A stretch of DNA of 63,843 nt, filler included, from Fonticula-like sp. SCN 57-25 (Eukaryota): the NCBI GenBank assembly GCA_001724245.1. It is 5 parts of 5 records of this genome, joined end to end, with 100 filler letters (N's around TTAATTAATTAA, not from the genome) between each part and the next. Parts side by side here need not be neighbours in the genome. Positions count along the whole stretch, not along the records: positions 1 to 12,810 come from MEDX01000183.1; 4 more parts are not named here. One strand, 5' to 3'. The position numbers and the translations under genes were made by a program. The notes under the pieces were generated by a model, which saw nothing but the letters and a program-made list of their open reading frames with translations, ran no database searches and was not told the DNA's origin. This document shows positions 1 to 12,910 of this stretch, one piece after another (within the stretch, counting starts at the first letter, position 1; each line of letters opens with the position of its first letter).

Positions 1-817
1 TGCTGCTTCAGCTCGCGCACGCCGAGCATGGGGCAATGGTTGCGCGCCTCCCCAGGAGGTGTCGCCCCACAGATCCCAAACAGTCCTAAACATCCCTCTG
101 CACTCGCAAACACATAGCCGCTGCCAATATAACAGGTGAGCAAACTTACAGTAACATAACTGCTTCCAATAATAAGGGGGATGTGCCATTTATGTGTTTT
201 GCACCTCGTGCGTGAGCTTTGCAGGGATGCGGATCCATGAAAAAAGGGGGTATGCGCGGCAACGATTTTCTCAAGAGCCCCGGGAGCATCATCCTAAAAA
301 ACAATACCAATGTGTAGCGCAACCACTCTACTGCTAGAAAAACGTAAGATTAACTCTCAGACTCGTGGGGATCGCACAGGGTTCAGGGTCGCGCGAGGCC
401 ACTCAAAAACTCGTCATCGAACGCAAACAAGCTTTACTCCCGCTACAGGAGCCGCACAGACACGAGAAAGGTATCAAAGGCTGCCCCAAAGTGTTAGCTA
501 CCTCAATGAAATATACGTTTTGCCCTTAAAGCCACAATTGCGTACACCATACTGAACGGAAGTTCTGTTGCATCCCGGCGCCAGAGCGCGGGAACGGCCG
601 ACACACCAAAGCAATTTCCAACATGGATTTCGGATAGAAATCGTCTCAATATATGATTGGTATCAATAGTGACTCTCGATTGCGTTACTTTGGATTGGAT
701 TGATGTTGAGACGAAAATGGTATTTTGAGTGGAATCCGACTGTGGTTTCTGCTCGGGCACGCGCTGAAGTCCAAACCGGTTCGAGGAGAGTTGCGACGAA
801 GGAGGGTGGTGTGAAGG

Positions 818-3800
818 ATGGCGACCGTGCTAACGCAGCTGGCCACGGCCCTCTTGGTCGTCTTTGGGTCATATGCCGCGCTTGTGGCGCTCGTCGTGCT
901 CGCTCGTATCATCTACATTTCGATCGAGGCCATCCAAAAGCGGACCAGAATGAGGCGCAACATGTACAATGTACGCGAGAAAGCCGAGAGATCTGCGGCA
1001 CAATTTTGCTTTATTTGTGCTAACATTGTGGTGACTGTAGAAAAAGGCCATTTTGCAGCCCAGCAAGTTCAGGGATGCGCGCATTGACCGCTTCCGCCGC
1101 TTCATGGAGTCTTCAGCGTTTGGTCGCCACTGGGTACGCGCGACCGCCTGATGCCTACTCAATCTAACGCCGGGCATTATCAGCTTATCTTTCAAGCGTT
1201 TTGCACACTCGCCTGGCTTGGATTGTACATTGCTCAGACTTACGTGGAGCCCGAGCCCGGGTTATCGCGGCTTTTAAATCCGGTCGAGGTGGTTTCGCTG
1301 ATCATCTTTTTCATCTTTGTGATCGACTATATATTCGGGCTGCTGATGGCGGAGGACAGGCTGAGCCACGTCGTATCCATCAATAGCTTCCTGGACATTA
1401 TTTCAATTACCCCGGTTATCATTCCCTTTTTCTTGTCGCAGGAGAGCCAAGAGGAAGATCTCGTCCGCATCCTCATGGTCATCCGAGCGCTGCGCATTGT
1501 TCGCTTCCAGCCGCTGCTCTATTTCCTCGACTCTGGTACGAACCCTTGCGCATTGTTAGCTTGGCTCACGCTTTATTGCAGATTTGCAGCGCGCCATCTT
1601 TGTGCTCATCGTCAACTTTGCCGGGCTGATTTTCATTTCTGCCTCGACCGTGAACGCCATCCAGAGGTACTACGTGTACATGGGCGTGCCAGAGCGACCG
1701 GGTAACCTCTTTTACTTTCACGACGCGCTCTACTTTATCATTGTCTCGTTCGCCACGGTGGGCTATGGTGATATCACTCCTACCAACACGCCTGTCCGCC
1801 TCGTGACCATGGTTATGCTTGTCGTGTTCATCATCACGCTGCCGATGCAAACATCAAAAGTCTTGGAAGTACGTCGAGCTATTCTAAGTGGTTTGGTATT
1901 GAACTTTTGCTTGCGCATTGTAGATTATGAAGAACGCTCGGGTAGAGTATGGTGGCTCGTTCTCGCACACGTCGAACAGCAAGAACCGTCACCACTTTAT
2001 CGTGGCCGGCCACTTGAACTTTGCCAGTATAGTCTCGTTTGTACGCGAGCTCTTCAACAACACGCTCGACGAGGATGAGATGCAGGTTGGTATTCTGTGC
2101 CCGGACCTGCCGTCGAACGACCTCCGCCTCCTGCTCAACAACCCCACCTACAAGAGTACGGCTTTGCGCGCTACTTTTGCTCCTTGCTCACGCATTGCCC
2201 TGCAGGTCGCGTTCAGTACATGTGCGGTTCGCCGCTGAGCCACATTGACCTCGACCGCGCCAAGGTCCGCTTCGCGAGCGCCGTCTTTCTCATGTCGCAC
2301 TCCACCGCCACGCCGCACGAGTCGGACACGATGACGGTGCTCTACGCGATGGCCCTGCGCAACGCCCAGCCGGACGCGCCCCTCATCATCCAGACGCGCC
2401 AGTCGCTTTCGGCCGAGCCCGCCCTTTTGGAAGTGTGCGACCGCATCTTTTGCACCAACGAATTCAAGCTGCGCCTTCTCGGCCGCAACTGCATCGCGCC
2501 CGGTGTCATTCCCCTCATGGCCAACCTTATTCGGTCGTACCCGACGCCGTCGCTTCCCCCCAACTCGCCGCTCTGGCGTATGGAATATGGTTCGTAGCAC
2601 CCTTTGACGCGCGCCGCTGCTCACTCTCTCGCGCGCCCTGGTAGCACATGGTTGCAACAACGAGTTCAACTCGTACGAGTTTAGGCGCCGCCACGAGGAC
2701 CGCCGCTTTGTGTCGTTCATCACGACGCTGTACACCGAGTTTGGCATCACGCTCATCGGCGTGCGCCCCAAGATGCACACCTCCTTGATCCTGAACCCGC
2801 CGACGTCGTACCGCGTGGAAGAGGGCGACGTGGGCTTTTACATCGCCACGCCCGACAACAACGCACGGTTCCTCGCTGCCATGCGCGAGAACGACGAGAT
2901 GACCAAGCGCTTCCCGATGGAGGAACTTCATCGCCCGTCGTCCGCCGGCGACCTCCTTGAGCTACGCGAGGTGCGCGGCGACCCGCTCCTTCGCGGCCTC
3001 GACCCGCACCTGCGCAAGGAGACGCCCGTGCCGCCGACGCCCAAGCTGCGCGACATCTCCCCGTCGCCGAGCATGCTGCGTCTCATTGACTATATTGACG
3101 ACGGATGCTACTGGCGCACGCAGCAGCCGCGGACGCAGGAGGAGGCCACGATCGAGGACGCGCTTGACTTTACAGAGCACATCGTCGTCTGCCACGTGCA
3201 AAAGGGTATCGAGTACCTCATCATGCCGCTGCGCTCGAGCGCCATGCGCCACATGGTGCAGGTCGTGCTGCTCACGCCGACGCCCATCCCGGACGATATC
3301 TGGGTGACTCTCTCGAACTTTCCCGAGGTGTTTGTGCTCGTCGCCTCCCCGACGCTGCACGAATCGCTGCGGCTGGCCAACATTGGCGCGTCCGAGCGCG
3401 TCATCATTCTGCAGTTCACAGACGTCGGCGGGCGCATCACGCAGTACCCCGACGCCGAATCCGTCATGCTTTACAAGACCATCTCGCGTCTTGCGCCGGG
3501 TCGCCCCGTCGTGGAGCTTGAGCAGGGCTCGAGCATCGACCTGCTGCGCGCCGACGACTCGGACCGCAACGTGCGCATCGACCTCACGCGCGCGTCCTTC
3601 AACAACCTCGCCCTTTCGCACCACGACCGTATGCAGTTTATCAACCGGCGACAGGCCGAGAAAGAGCTGCTCAAGCAGCTGGAGGAGCGCAAGACCATGC
3701 TCCTCGGTGACAAGGAAGTTGCCAAGCCCGGCTTGCTCAAGCCGTACCCGCTCTACCAGTTTGACGCGACGTTTGCCAGCGGGCAGGTGTACAGTAGTAC

Positions 3801-4174
3801 CCTCTGCGACTCGCTCATTTGCCAGGAGTTCTTCAGGCCGTTCGTCATGAACATCATTACGCTTTTGACGTTCCACGACGGCTCGGGCATGTCTCAGCTC
3901 TTCCTCATCCCCGTCCCGCAGTTCTTCCACGTACGCCTACACTTTTTCCCTCGTAGCTGCCTGCTCACCCTTTGTTTAGCAACAAACGTATGGCGAGCTC
4001 TTTAACTACTTGGTGTCGCGCGGTATGATTCCGCTTGGGCTTTATCGCGCCCCCTTCGTTGCGGCCAACAACATGCCTTACGTCTATACCAACTGCCAAG
4101 CCGAGACGCGGCTGTACGCGGGCGACCGCGTCTACCTCCTGTCTCGCGAGGAGCCCGTCTTTTCCGATATATAA
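818..4174 (+). CDS. Slo/BK-family potassium channel (S0 + 6TM + two RCK domains), multi-exon
   Basis: Pore signature SFATVGYGDITP, S4 IRALRIVR, RCK1 HFIVAGHL, RCK2 HIVVC and FASGQVYSSTLCDSL, C-terminal TYGELF..GMIPLGLYR..YVYTN. Exons are joined by short GT-AG introns (e.g. 971-1040, 1134-1183, 3931-3979). Confidence 0.92.
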
Positions 4175-4429
4175 CATGGGAAAATAACTGTAAGAAAAAC
4201 TGCAACACTGTGTAATTTGAATGCGCCTTACCTGTTAATATATTCTTTTTGTGTGACTGTGTGTTATTTGGAACGGCATCAAGCCTGTGCCCTCGTTGAC
4301 CACTGCGGATTGTTCTGGAAGATTGATTGTAAATAGGAAAAATGCGCTGGCTTCTTCTGATTGGTCGACAGCAATCTCTTTCACTGTTTTCGGCCGACCC
4401 CTCGCCACCCACCAAGCAACAAGCAGAGG

Positions 4430-5733
4430 ATGGCACCGATGCGGGCGCTTGCTGCGGTTGTCCTCGCCGCTCTCTGCGTCGTCCAGGCGGACGCCTTCTA
4501 CGACAAGAACTCGAACGTTGTGTCGCTCACGCCGTCCAACTTTCGCGACAAGGTGGTCTCATCCAACAGCCTCTGGATTGTCGAGTTTTACGCGCCGTGG
4601 TGCGGCCACTGCCAGAGCCTGAAGCCCGAGTATGAAAAGGCCGCCACCAACCTGAAGGGCATCGTGAGCCTGGGTGCTGTGGACTGCGACGATAAGAGCA
4701 ACGGCCCTCTCTGCCAGCAGTATGGCATCCAGGGCTTCCCGACGATCAAGGTCTTTGATGCCGGCAAGTCGAAGCCCACCGGTACGACCGCATCGCCGCT
4801 CTCCTGATCGCTGGGCTAACCCCCGTTGAATAGACTACCCCGGTGCCCGTACCGCGCGCGCTATTGTGGACTTTGCCACCGGCCGCCTCCCCAACAAGGT
4901 TGTCCGCGTGACGGGCAGCTCGTTTGATTCGTTCCTTGCCAACGACGCTGAGAAGGCCCACTTTGCCTTCTTCACCTCCAAGACGTCGACATCGGCCATG
5001 CTCAAGTCGCTCGCTATCAGCTTTGCCGACGTCGCGGTCCTCGGCGAGATCAGGAGCTCGGAGAAGGCCCTTGCTGAGCGCTTTGGCGTTTCGTCGTTCC
5101 CGGCTCTCCTCGGCTTCGCCGCCGGCTCCTCTGAGCCGATCGCCTTTGTCGGCAAGCTCAACCAGGACGAGATCCGCGCATTCATGCAGAAGCACTCGCC
5201 TGCCCGCTCGGGCAGCTCGTCGGCCCCGCCGCCGGAGGAGCCCGAGGAGCCGGAAGAGCCCGAATATGTCGAGCCTGTGTGTACGTAATTCTTTGAAAAG
5301 CGCTCGATCGGTTGCTAACAACGCGATAGTCGACCCGGAGGTTGCAGAGGTTGTGTCGCAGGCCGATTTTAAGGAGGCTTGCCTAGACCGCCCTATCGGT
5401 GTTTGCCTGATCGCCTTCCTGGACCCCCAGCCCGAGGCCGAGAGCGAGCGCGCCGCTTCGATCGAGATCCTCAAGACGCTCAAGCTCAAGGCGTTCGAGA
5501 ACGGCCAGTCGTTCCACTTTATGTGGGTCGACGGAATCAAGCAGGAGTCTCTTCGCCGCGCCTTTGACATTTCGGACCAGCTTCCGGGCGCCGTCCTTAT
5601 CTCGCCCGGAAAGGGCCGCTTCCGCCCGTTCCTCGGCGGCTTCGACGAGGAGGGCCTCGCCTCGTTCCTCCAGGAGACTGTCTCGGGCAAGGGCCGCACC
5701 TTCAAGAACCCTGCCAAGTTTGGCATCGTGTAA
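4430..5733 (+). CDS. Protein disulfide isomerase (PDIA6/P5/MPD1-like, one active thioredoxin domain)
   Basis: Signal peptide, WIVEFYAPWCGHCQSLKPEY, GIQGFPTIK, then two non-catalytic thioredoxin folds. Two introns. Confidence 0.9.
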
Positions 5734-5815
5734 GCTCACCATGACTCAATAAATTGTACTTTACCGCAAATGTTGCGCTACTGTTGCGCCACCAGAGACA
5801 CTTTGCTGACAGGTC

Positions 5816-6672
5816 ATGTCAACAGTCAAGCTCGAGGATCCGCTGCAGGACGAGCGCCCCACTCAGCAGCTGGCGACAGAAGAGCAGCGGGAGCATGCCG
5901 CTGAAGGTAGCCCGACGAAAAAGGCCAAGGTAGAGACCGATGTTGATGATGATGAGTTTGACGATCCCGCGTTTGACTGGGATGCGGCGGCAGCCGAGTT
6001 GGACGGGACACCTGCACCTCATGCCGCACCAGACGTCAAGCTGCCGTCGAGCGGCGTGGATACGAGCAGTCTCCCCGTGTTTGAAATTAACCGCGCGCCC
6101 GTGCTGACGCTGTGGGCAATGCATGTCGCTCTTCGGCAGGGCTTGCCGCGCATGAGCGCTCTTACTCTCGGGCGTGCAGTGACGGCGCGCTACGCGACGG
6201 CGAAAGGCATCGCCATAGGGAAGAAGATGCAGAGCCAGAACCAGAGGCACACCGCGTCAATGCAGCCGTCTGCGAGCGCTCGACAGCGCTTTATTTTTCT
6301 CTTCCAGGAGCAGTACCTGGTCGAGGACACACATGCTGGACCGCGCGCTATCATCGATGTACGCCTGCTCTTTCGCCTTGGACGAGACCTAATTCTACTT
6401 TAAAGGGCCAGCCGGACGCTCCGTCTTCCGGAGAGACATATTTGCGCTCGTCGTTTGGGTCATTTTTATCGGCGACCGAGGCAGGAATGAAGGCGCTTGC
6501 TAACTCAGTCGCTTCCCCTGCCGAGCTAGATCGCGTGGCGTACTCGCTATACTGCGAGTTTCGCCCTAATGGACACGAGCGAATTGGCTGGGGAGAAAAG
6601 ACTGCATTTTCTGTTTCCCAGCTTTACGAAATAGCCGACCGTATTGTGTTGGGCAACGCCGCGCGTCGGTGA
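5816..6672 (+). CDS. Conserved hypothetical protein (INRAPVLTLWA...YCEFRP...GWG motifs)
   Basis: Two ORFs joined by a short intron near 6358-6405. Acidic N-terminus with NLS-like PTKKAK, globular C-terminal domain. Confidence 0.7.
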
Positions 6673-6921
6673 TTAACCTTCGATATGAGCGCCGATGGGG
6701 CGGTTCAATGGGCGGCCCGAAGCGACAAGAGCGCGCTTTGTGCAGTAATTGTTGCTTGCACTATTATGGTATTTATGTTCTGTAGACTACTGTATACTTT
6801 TTATTGGCTTTTGTTGCTACATTTCTGTGTATTAGCTGCTCTGATTCGAGTTTCGATATTGGAAACGATTTGTGTAGACTAAAATTCAATGATACCTACA
6901 AGTTTTATACTATTGTTTGCA

Positions 6922-8129
6922 TTATTCAGACTCAGGCTTGCGGCCGACGAGGAGCAGCATTGGGGTAAAGAGATCGCGCTTGCCTCCCTCGACGAGGCAG
7001 TCGGCCGAGCGGATGAGCATCTGGCTGACGTCGCGCGAGCCCGAGGGCGCCAGGCGCACTGCCTCGAGAACGCGAAGGAATGTGTCGGTACACCAGCGGC
7101 CGACGTGCGTCTGCCTAAAGCCAGAGATGGAGAAACCGCCGGCGAGCGACTGATACCACGGCACCTGCGGCTCGTGCGCGCGGTCAACCGCCGTGATAAG
7201 CTCAAAGCCCGCCTCCTTCATCGCGTCGATGGCCTCCTGCTCCGACACGAGGTTTGCAATGCCAGTGCCCACCTCGATGCCGCGCTTGACGCGCAGGTGG
7301 TCGGGGTCGTTGGGATCAAATTTTGACGTCATCACCCACTCGTAGCAGGCAAAGTACGCGCCGGGCTTGAGCGCCTTGAAAATCTGTCCATACACGCCCG
7401 CCAGCTTGGGGGCGTGGCACGTCGCCTCAATAGCATAGGCGGCATCGAATTCCCCTTCAAACTGCAGGTTCATGAAATCGCTCTGCAAAACGAAATCAAA
7501 ACAGCGTCAGCTGGCCGGCAGCCGAGCCGCGGCGGCAACGTACCTGGACATACGAGCACTGCGCCTGCAGGCCAGCGCGGGCCGTCAAAAGCGACGCGCG
7601 CTGGATCTGGTAGGCGTTGTTGTTGATGCCCACAATGGAGGCGCCCGAGAAGCGGGCCATTTCGCGCAGCGGGCCGCCGATACCGCAGCCAACGTCCTGC
7701 ACAGGGTGAGCAAGCAGCGCGGCAGGAGGGCGGGTCGTACCAGCGCACGCATGCCGGGGCCAAGCTTACACTGAACGGCCAAGTAGTGCTCGTGGCGGGC
7801 AATAGCGCGGTCCTGCGTCTCATTCTTGGCCGCATTCGCAAAGTGGAAGCACTCGCCCCACCCGTACTCGTAAAAGTCGGTCGCGAGGTCATAGTAGGTG
7901 TTTACCAGGTTCATGTAGTTTCCCGTGCGCTTGGTCGTGTTCTGGCGATCTTGGTCGTCGTTCTCGCTCCACTGGCCGCGGTAGCCGTCGACGACAGACC
8001 GCATCTTGCAACGCAGCGTCAATAAAAGAAAATGGCGGGAAACGCGATGCATGACGAGGAACATACCTCGGTCGCGTTCACGACCTGTGAAATGGGGGTG
8101 GTGACAAGGGTATCCGTGTTCGGCGGCAT
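6922..8129 (-). CDS. SMT1/ERG6: Sterol 24-C-methyltransferase
   Basis: YYDLATDFYEYGWGECFHFA, DVGCGIGGP, YAIEATCHAP and YEWVMT motifs. Three short introns. Confidence 0.95.
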
Positions 8130-8388
8130 AGCTGGCTCTTCACGCGCGCGCTCCTGTTCGAGGGAAGGGGGTTCGGTGAACTGCTGCTCATCGTCGCCCT
8201 GCCCTGTACATTTCTTTTGTGGGCTGACATGCAACGTCGCATTCTGATTGGTCGGCCACCATGGACTGACCCTAACAGGCACTGTTTGATTGGTCGCGTG
8301 TCCATAAAAGGAAATTTGGAATGATCATAGTAGGTAGGTTGCATTTTGGTAATATGTAGAGAGGTAGGGTACACGGCCGGCAGGCAGG

Positions 8389-11300
8389 CTAGCAGGCCGC
8401 CTCCTCGAGCCAGAAGGGCAAGCTCACCGAGCCCGGCGGCAGAGCGAGGATGGCGCGAATAGCCACCTCGCGGCCCGCATTGTGCGTCTTGGCCGAATCA
8501 TGCTTGTCGATAAGGTCGCGCAGGATTTGCCACCACTCGTCCGCGGTCAGCCCGCTCTCGTCGGGTGTCCGGCTCAGAGAGAGCTTCAAGCAGCGCTGCA
8601 CAATGGTGCTAAAGAGAGTCTCGTAGCAGCGGCGCCCGCGCGCTGTATCGAGCGTGTCTAGAGAGCGGCGGGCAAGCGAGATGGCAAGGTCCAGCCGGTC
8701 GGAATCGGCAGAGTGCGACTTTACGAGCATCGCAATCGCCTCCTCGGCGGTGTGCTGGTGCTCGGCAACGCGCGGAAAGTCGGGGAGAAGGACTAGGTGT
8801 GCGTAGCTCACGGCAAACTCGGTGCGAATGTTGTCGAGGCTCACCACCTCATTGTCGCGAACGACCGGGTCCTTGCTCCGTAGCGTGTCGGTCCCCGAAC
8901 GGTGACGCTTCTAAAAAATATAATCAGTATGCGGTTCAGCAAGCGTGGCGCGAGAGCTTACCATGTTCTCGCCGGTCGTTTCCTCAGAGGTGACGTTCAC
9001 CCAGCGCGACTCGGGGCGCGCAAAGGAAAGTGTCTGGGCGGCCGCCAGCAAAGCCTAAAATGCCCGATGAGCGCCGTGCGTGCATGAAAGCAATGACATA
9101 CCTTTGTCCTCTCAGCCAGCAACGAAGGTGATAGAGAGCCGACGTCGGCACCGGACATCAGCTTACGCGCATACCGATACATAACGTGTGCGGCTACAAT
9201 AGCGTTAGTGCCAATAATAAGCGCACACAATAGAGGGCCGTACCATCCGTGAAATTGTTGCGGTACGTGTAGTAGGCAAAGAGAATGCTAAAGTAGTTGG
9301 GCTCGGAGAGAAGCGGCGACGACTCTGCCTTGAACAAAAGCAGCGCCTCCAGATCGTGCTGGAGCTCACCAAACGCAAACTCGGTCAGCAAGCCATACTC
9401 CTTCTGCTCGCAGGCCACCGTCACAAACTGGCGCAAGCAGTCCAGGCGCCTGCAAAATACACAGGGTGAGACAAGGAAACCATGACACTGGGATCCGAAC
9501 GTACCATTCGCGGTTCTCCATGCGAAGCATCGCGTTCTGGGCCTGCTCGAAAGAGGACAGGCGGAGAGCGGCCGAAAAGAGTCGCGAGAGGGCCGAGCGA
9601 CGGAACGCGGACAAAAAGTCGTCAAGCGGCGTAGCCTCGTGATCAAGCATCGTCAGCGCAGCCTCTGAAATGCCGGCGAGCGCCTTGGTAGCACGCTCGC
9701 GCTCAAAGACGTCCATCATATGCTCAAAGTACCGCACAACTGTGGTGTCGAGTTAGTTTCCCTGTTCCAAAAAAAGCATTCCCGTACCATTCTCGAGGTC
9801 CTGCTGGTCCGTCGTATCGCTGAGCGCGCCGCTGAGCGCTAGCCGCAATGCGAGCGCCTCCTCTCCACTTTGCGCAGCGGCACGCGCCAGGATGGGGCAC
9901 ATCTTGATCGTCCTCACACTCGTAATCTGGGAAATGCCATAGACCGCCTGGTAAAGGTCCGACTGCCCGAGCGACGCCACGAGGTCCTCCAAGCCCGACT
10001 CGAGATTCCCGATCCGTGACCGCGTCACATTAAACAGCTTGGGCAGATGGAGCGTCTGCTGCAGCTTGGCAATGGCGTCCGATATGCAGGCCGTGAGCGT
10101 TGCGCCGGCCGCGACCTGGACGCCGGCTGCGCGCCAGAGCGTCTGGGCGTACGTGTCGTCCACTTCGGTAGCGACCTCGAGGCGGGTCATGCTCTCGGCA
10201 ATGTCGGGCTGGCGAGTCTGCGCGCCCTTGGAATGTCCCTCGCGAAGCAGGTAGATGGCGATGCGAACCGCCGCGTGGAGGCGGAGAACGCTCGAGAAAG
10301 ACGCACCGATGGCAAGCTCCTGGTCGGGGCGCACGTCCGCGACCGTGAGCCGCAGGGCGGCGATCAAAATTCCGGCGTAGCGGATCAGCGTCTGGCGGGC
10401 AATGATGTCTTGCAAAACAGCGTAAACAGCAGCATTGGTAACAAAGGGGCGGGGGAGCGCAGCGGCACCGAGATCGGCAGCGTGGTTGAACTCGCCCAGG
10501 ACATCGAAAAGCGCGCTGATGAAATTCTATAAATGCAATTAGCCAGGTTCATTATTGCTATCCGCGGTCGTACCTCGCGCTCGAGCAGGAGGTCAAGAAG
10601 CGAGCCAAACTCGGCCTCTAGCGTTACCGCCAAGGACGCGAGGGGCTCGCGCAGAGTCTCGTCTTCGCAGATGCGGTACACAATCTGTGCCACGGTGCTG
10701 TCGCCATCCGTCGCGGCGGCCTCGTCCATCAGCTCGCTGATTCGCCTGTGAATGCTGGCGTCCGAGAAAACAGACGGAAGCAGGTCAAAAAGCTGCAAAA
10801 GAAGCTGTAGGGCGTCCTGGTTGTCGCGCAGGGACGAGTGAAGGCGCGACTCGAGAAGCAAAACGCTCATTGAAATGTCTTGCCGTGCAATGTGGTGCAG
10901 GCACTCGGCGGCCGTCATCTCGCGAGCGACCGAGATGTCGTCGGCACGGAGCACCAGGACAGCGCCCATGTGCGGGTCCGCCACGATGCCGAGGGGGATT
11001 TTCCGCTTGCGGTCCTCCTCAAGGCACAGGTCGACAAACCGGTTCCACTCCACCTCCAAGGCCATCTACGACAGGCGGACACGGGTGAGTGCCGGGTGTG
11101 CAAAAGTGCACCGGGACGCACCTCGTATGGCAAGGCGTTCTGCTGGTGGTCCTGCTGGTACTGACGGCGGCTCGCCGACGCGGCAATGGTGCCAGCAATC
11201 ATTGTGCTCAAATCGGACGCGTACAGGCCGTCCTGTTGGCCGTCAAAGCGAGACAGCGCTGGAAACCATTGTTATTACACAACATCGTGCGTGAGCATCG

Positions 11301-12652
11301 CGTACCTCTGGTCAACGTGCGAACAACAAAGCGGCCCGGGACGAGGAGCGCCCCGAGGAACATTGCGTTAATGTCGGCAACGCGCTTCTCGCGCTCAACA
11401 GGGTCGGTGGCAATGTCCGACACGGACGCCAGGAACGTGCGGATCTCGGGCACAACGTCGTCCTTTTGCATCGAAAAAGGCACGGCGCGCTTCCACCGAT
11501 TTCCGTCAGCTACGCCACTAGTTAGCCGTCAAGTTATATAAAGACCGCGTGCGCACCATCGAGGCGCTCTAGCGGAGCCCAGTGCAGGGCGATGGAGGGC
11601 GCGTGCATCTCGCGGGCGTCCTGCGAGTCCGAGCACAGGAGCCAGACCCGCTCGCCGTCGCAGTCCATGCGGGAAAAGCCGCTGGGCGCCGGGAAGGTGC
11701 TCTCGTCCCATCGGAAGGCATTGCCGCCCGACAGATCAAACCTGAGAACCTTGATGCTGGGAGGCGAATCGGGGACATAAACGATGGCAGAGGCCCCGAC
11801 ATCGTCGAGGCCGTCCTGCTTGTCGAGCACAACGGCCAGGGCATCTTCCGGCGTTGCCTCGCCCGACGAAACGCTCTCTGCCTCGCCGAGCATCTGACGC
11901 TTGTTGATCCCCCAGACACGAAGCTTGCCGTCCAAAGAGATGACAAAGGCGAAAAGCTCCATTGGTGTCTCGATCGTCTTGAGGCAGACGGGCCGCGAAT
12001 CGTCCGTGGTACGCAGACCAAACGCCGTCATGAATCGCGAAAACAGGTTCGCCGCGGAAATTTCCTTTTCATCTAGTGTCGCTCCCCCGGGCGTCAGGTG
12101 CAGCAAGTTGCCGTTCTCGAGGGCGACCACGACCTCGCGAGGCGATGCCGCGTGCATGAGCATTGCGCCGGCAATGTTTGGCGAAGCGACAGGATACGCA
12201 GAATACCGCGTTTTCCCCGCAAGCTCGGAGAAAAACTGCGGCCCTTCAAATTGCACGCGGAAAAGAGTGCCTCCACTCGTCAGCGCCAGGAGAATGATGC
12301 TGTTCATCTCGACGAACGCGACGACGCTCGGAACAAGATGCGACGGAAACAAGAGCTGCACGCCCTCCCTCCGCCCGTCAACATCATGCAACTCCAGGTG
12401 CACTACGTGCCCGTCGGCGCGCCACACAAGATAGCGGTGAAATGCTCCATCCACACGCACCGCCGAACCATGCGGCGGGAAAGGGCGATCACGCTGATGG
12501 AGCACAGAAAGACGACGTTAGCAACCAAAGAAGGGGGCAAGTGGGCGCACCAAAGTCTCTTCCGCATTGCAGCGAAGCTGGTTATCGGGCGCTTGTACAA
12601 CGCAGGGCCCGTACGGAACGCCCACGAGCGTCTCCTTTAGCAGAGGCCGCAT
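8389..12652 (-). CDS. NUP160: Nucleoporin Nup160/Nup120
   Basis: N-terminal beta-propeller (SLDGKLRVW) and a helical stack with CLRQFVTVACE...NYFSILFAYYTYRNNF..AAHVMYRYARKL, ending in LPFWL. Many short introns. Confidence 0.85.
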
Positions 12653-12810
12653 CGAGGAAAGCTGCGCGCCGCGCCCGTTGAACGTCTGCGGTTCACAGAA
12701 ACCGTCTCACTCCTAGATCGTCGAGTAAATCACTAATATGAGCGCCACGAGAGACGATCAAATCACGTGATCTATTGATGAGTCATGGCCACGTGGGTGC
12801 TGTTTTATAT

Positions 12811-12910
12811 NNNNNNNNNNNNNNNNNNNNNNNNNNNNNNNNNNNNNNNNNNNNTTAATTAATTAANNNNNNNNNNNNNNNNNNNNNNNNNNNNNNNNNN
12901 NNNNNNNNNN
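12811..12910. other. Artificial contig linker (N-TTAATTAATTAA-N)
   Basis: The same 100-nt spacer, with stops in all six frames, occurs four times. Confidence 0.97.

Noticed and set aside
1-800. Short ORFs and possible ncRNA upstream of the Slo channel
   Set aside because: No recognisable motifs, tRNA or snRNA structure; the first 90 bp or so may belong to a gene outside the window.
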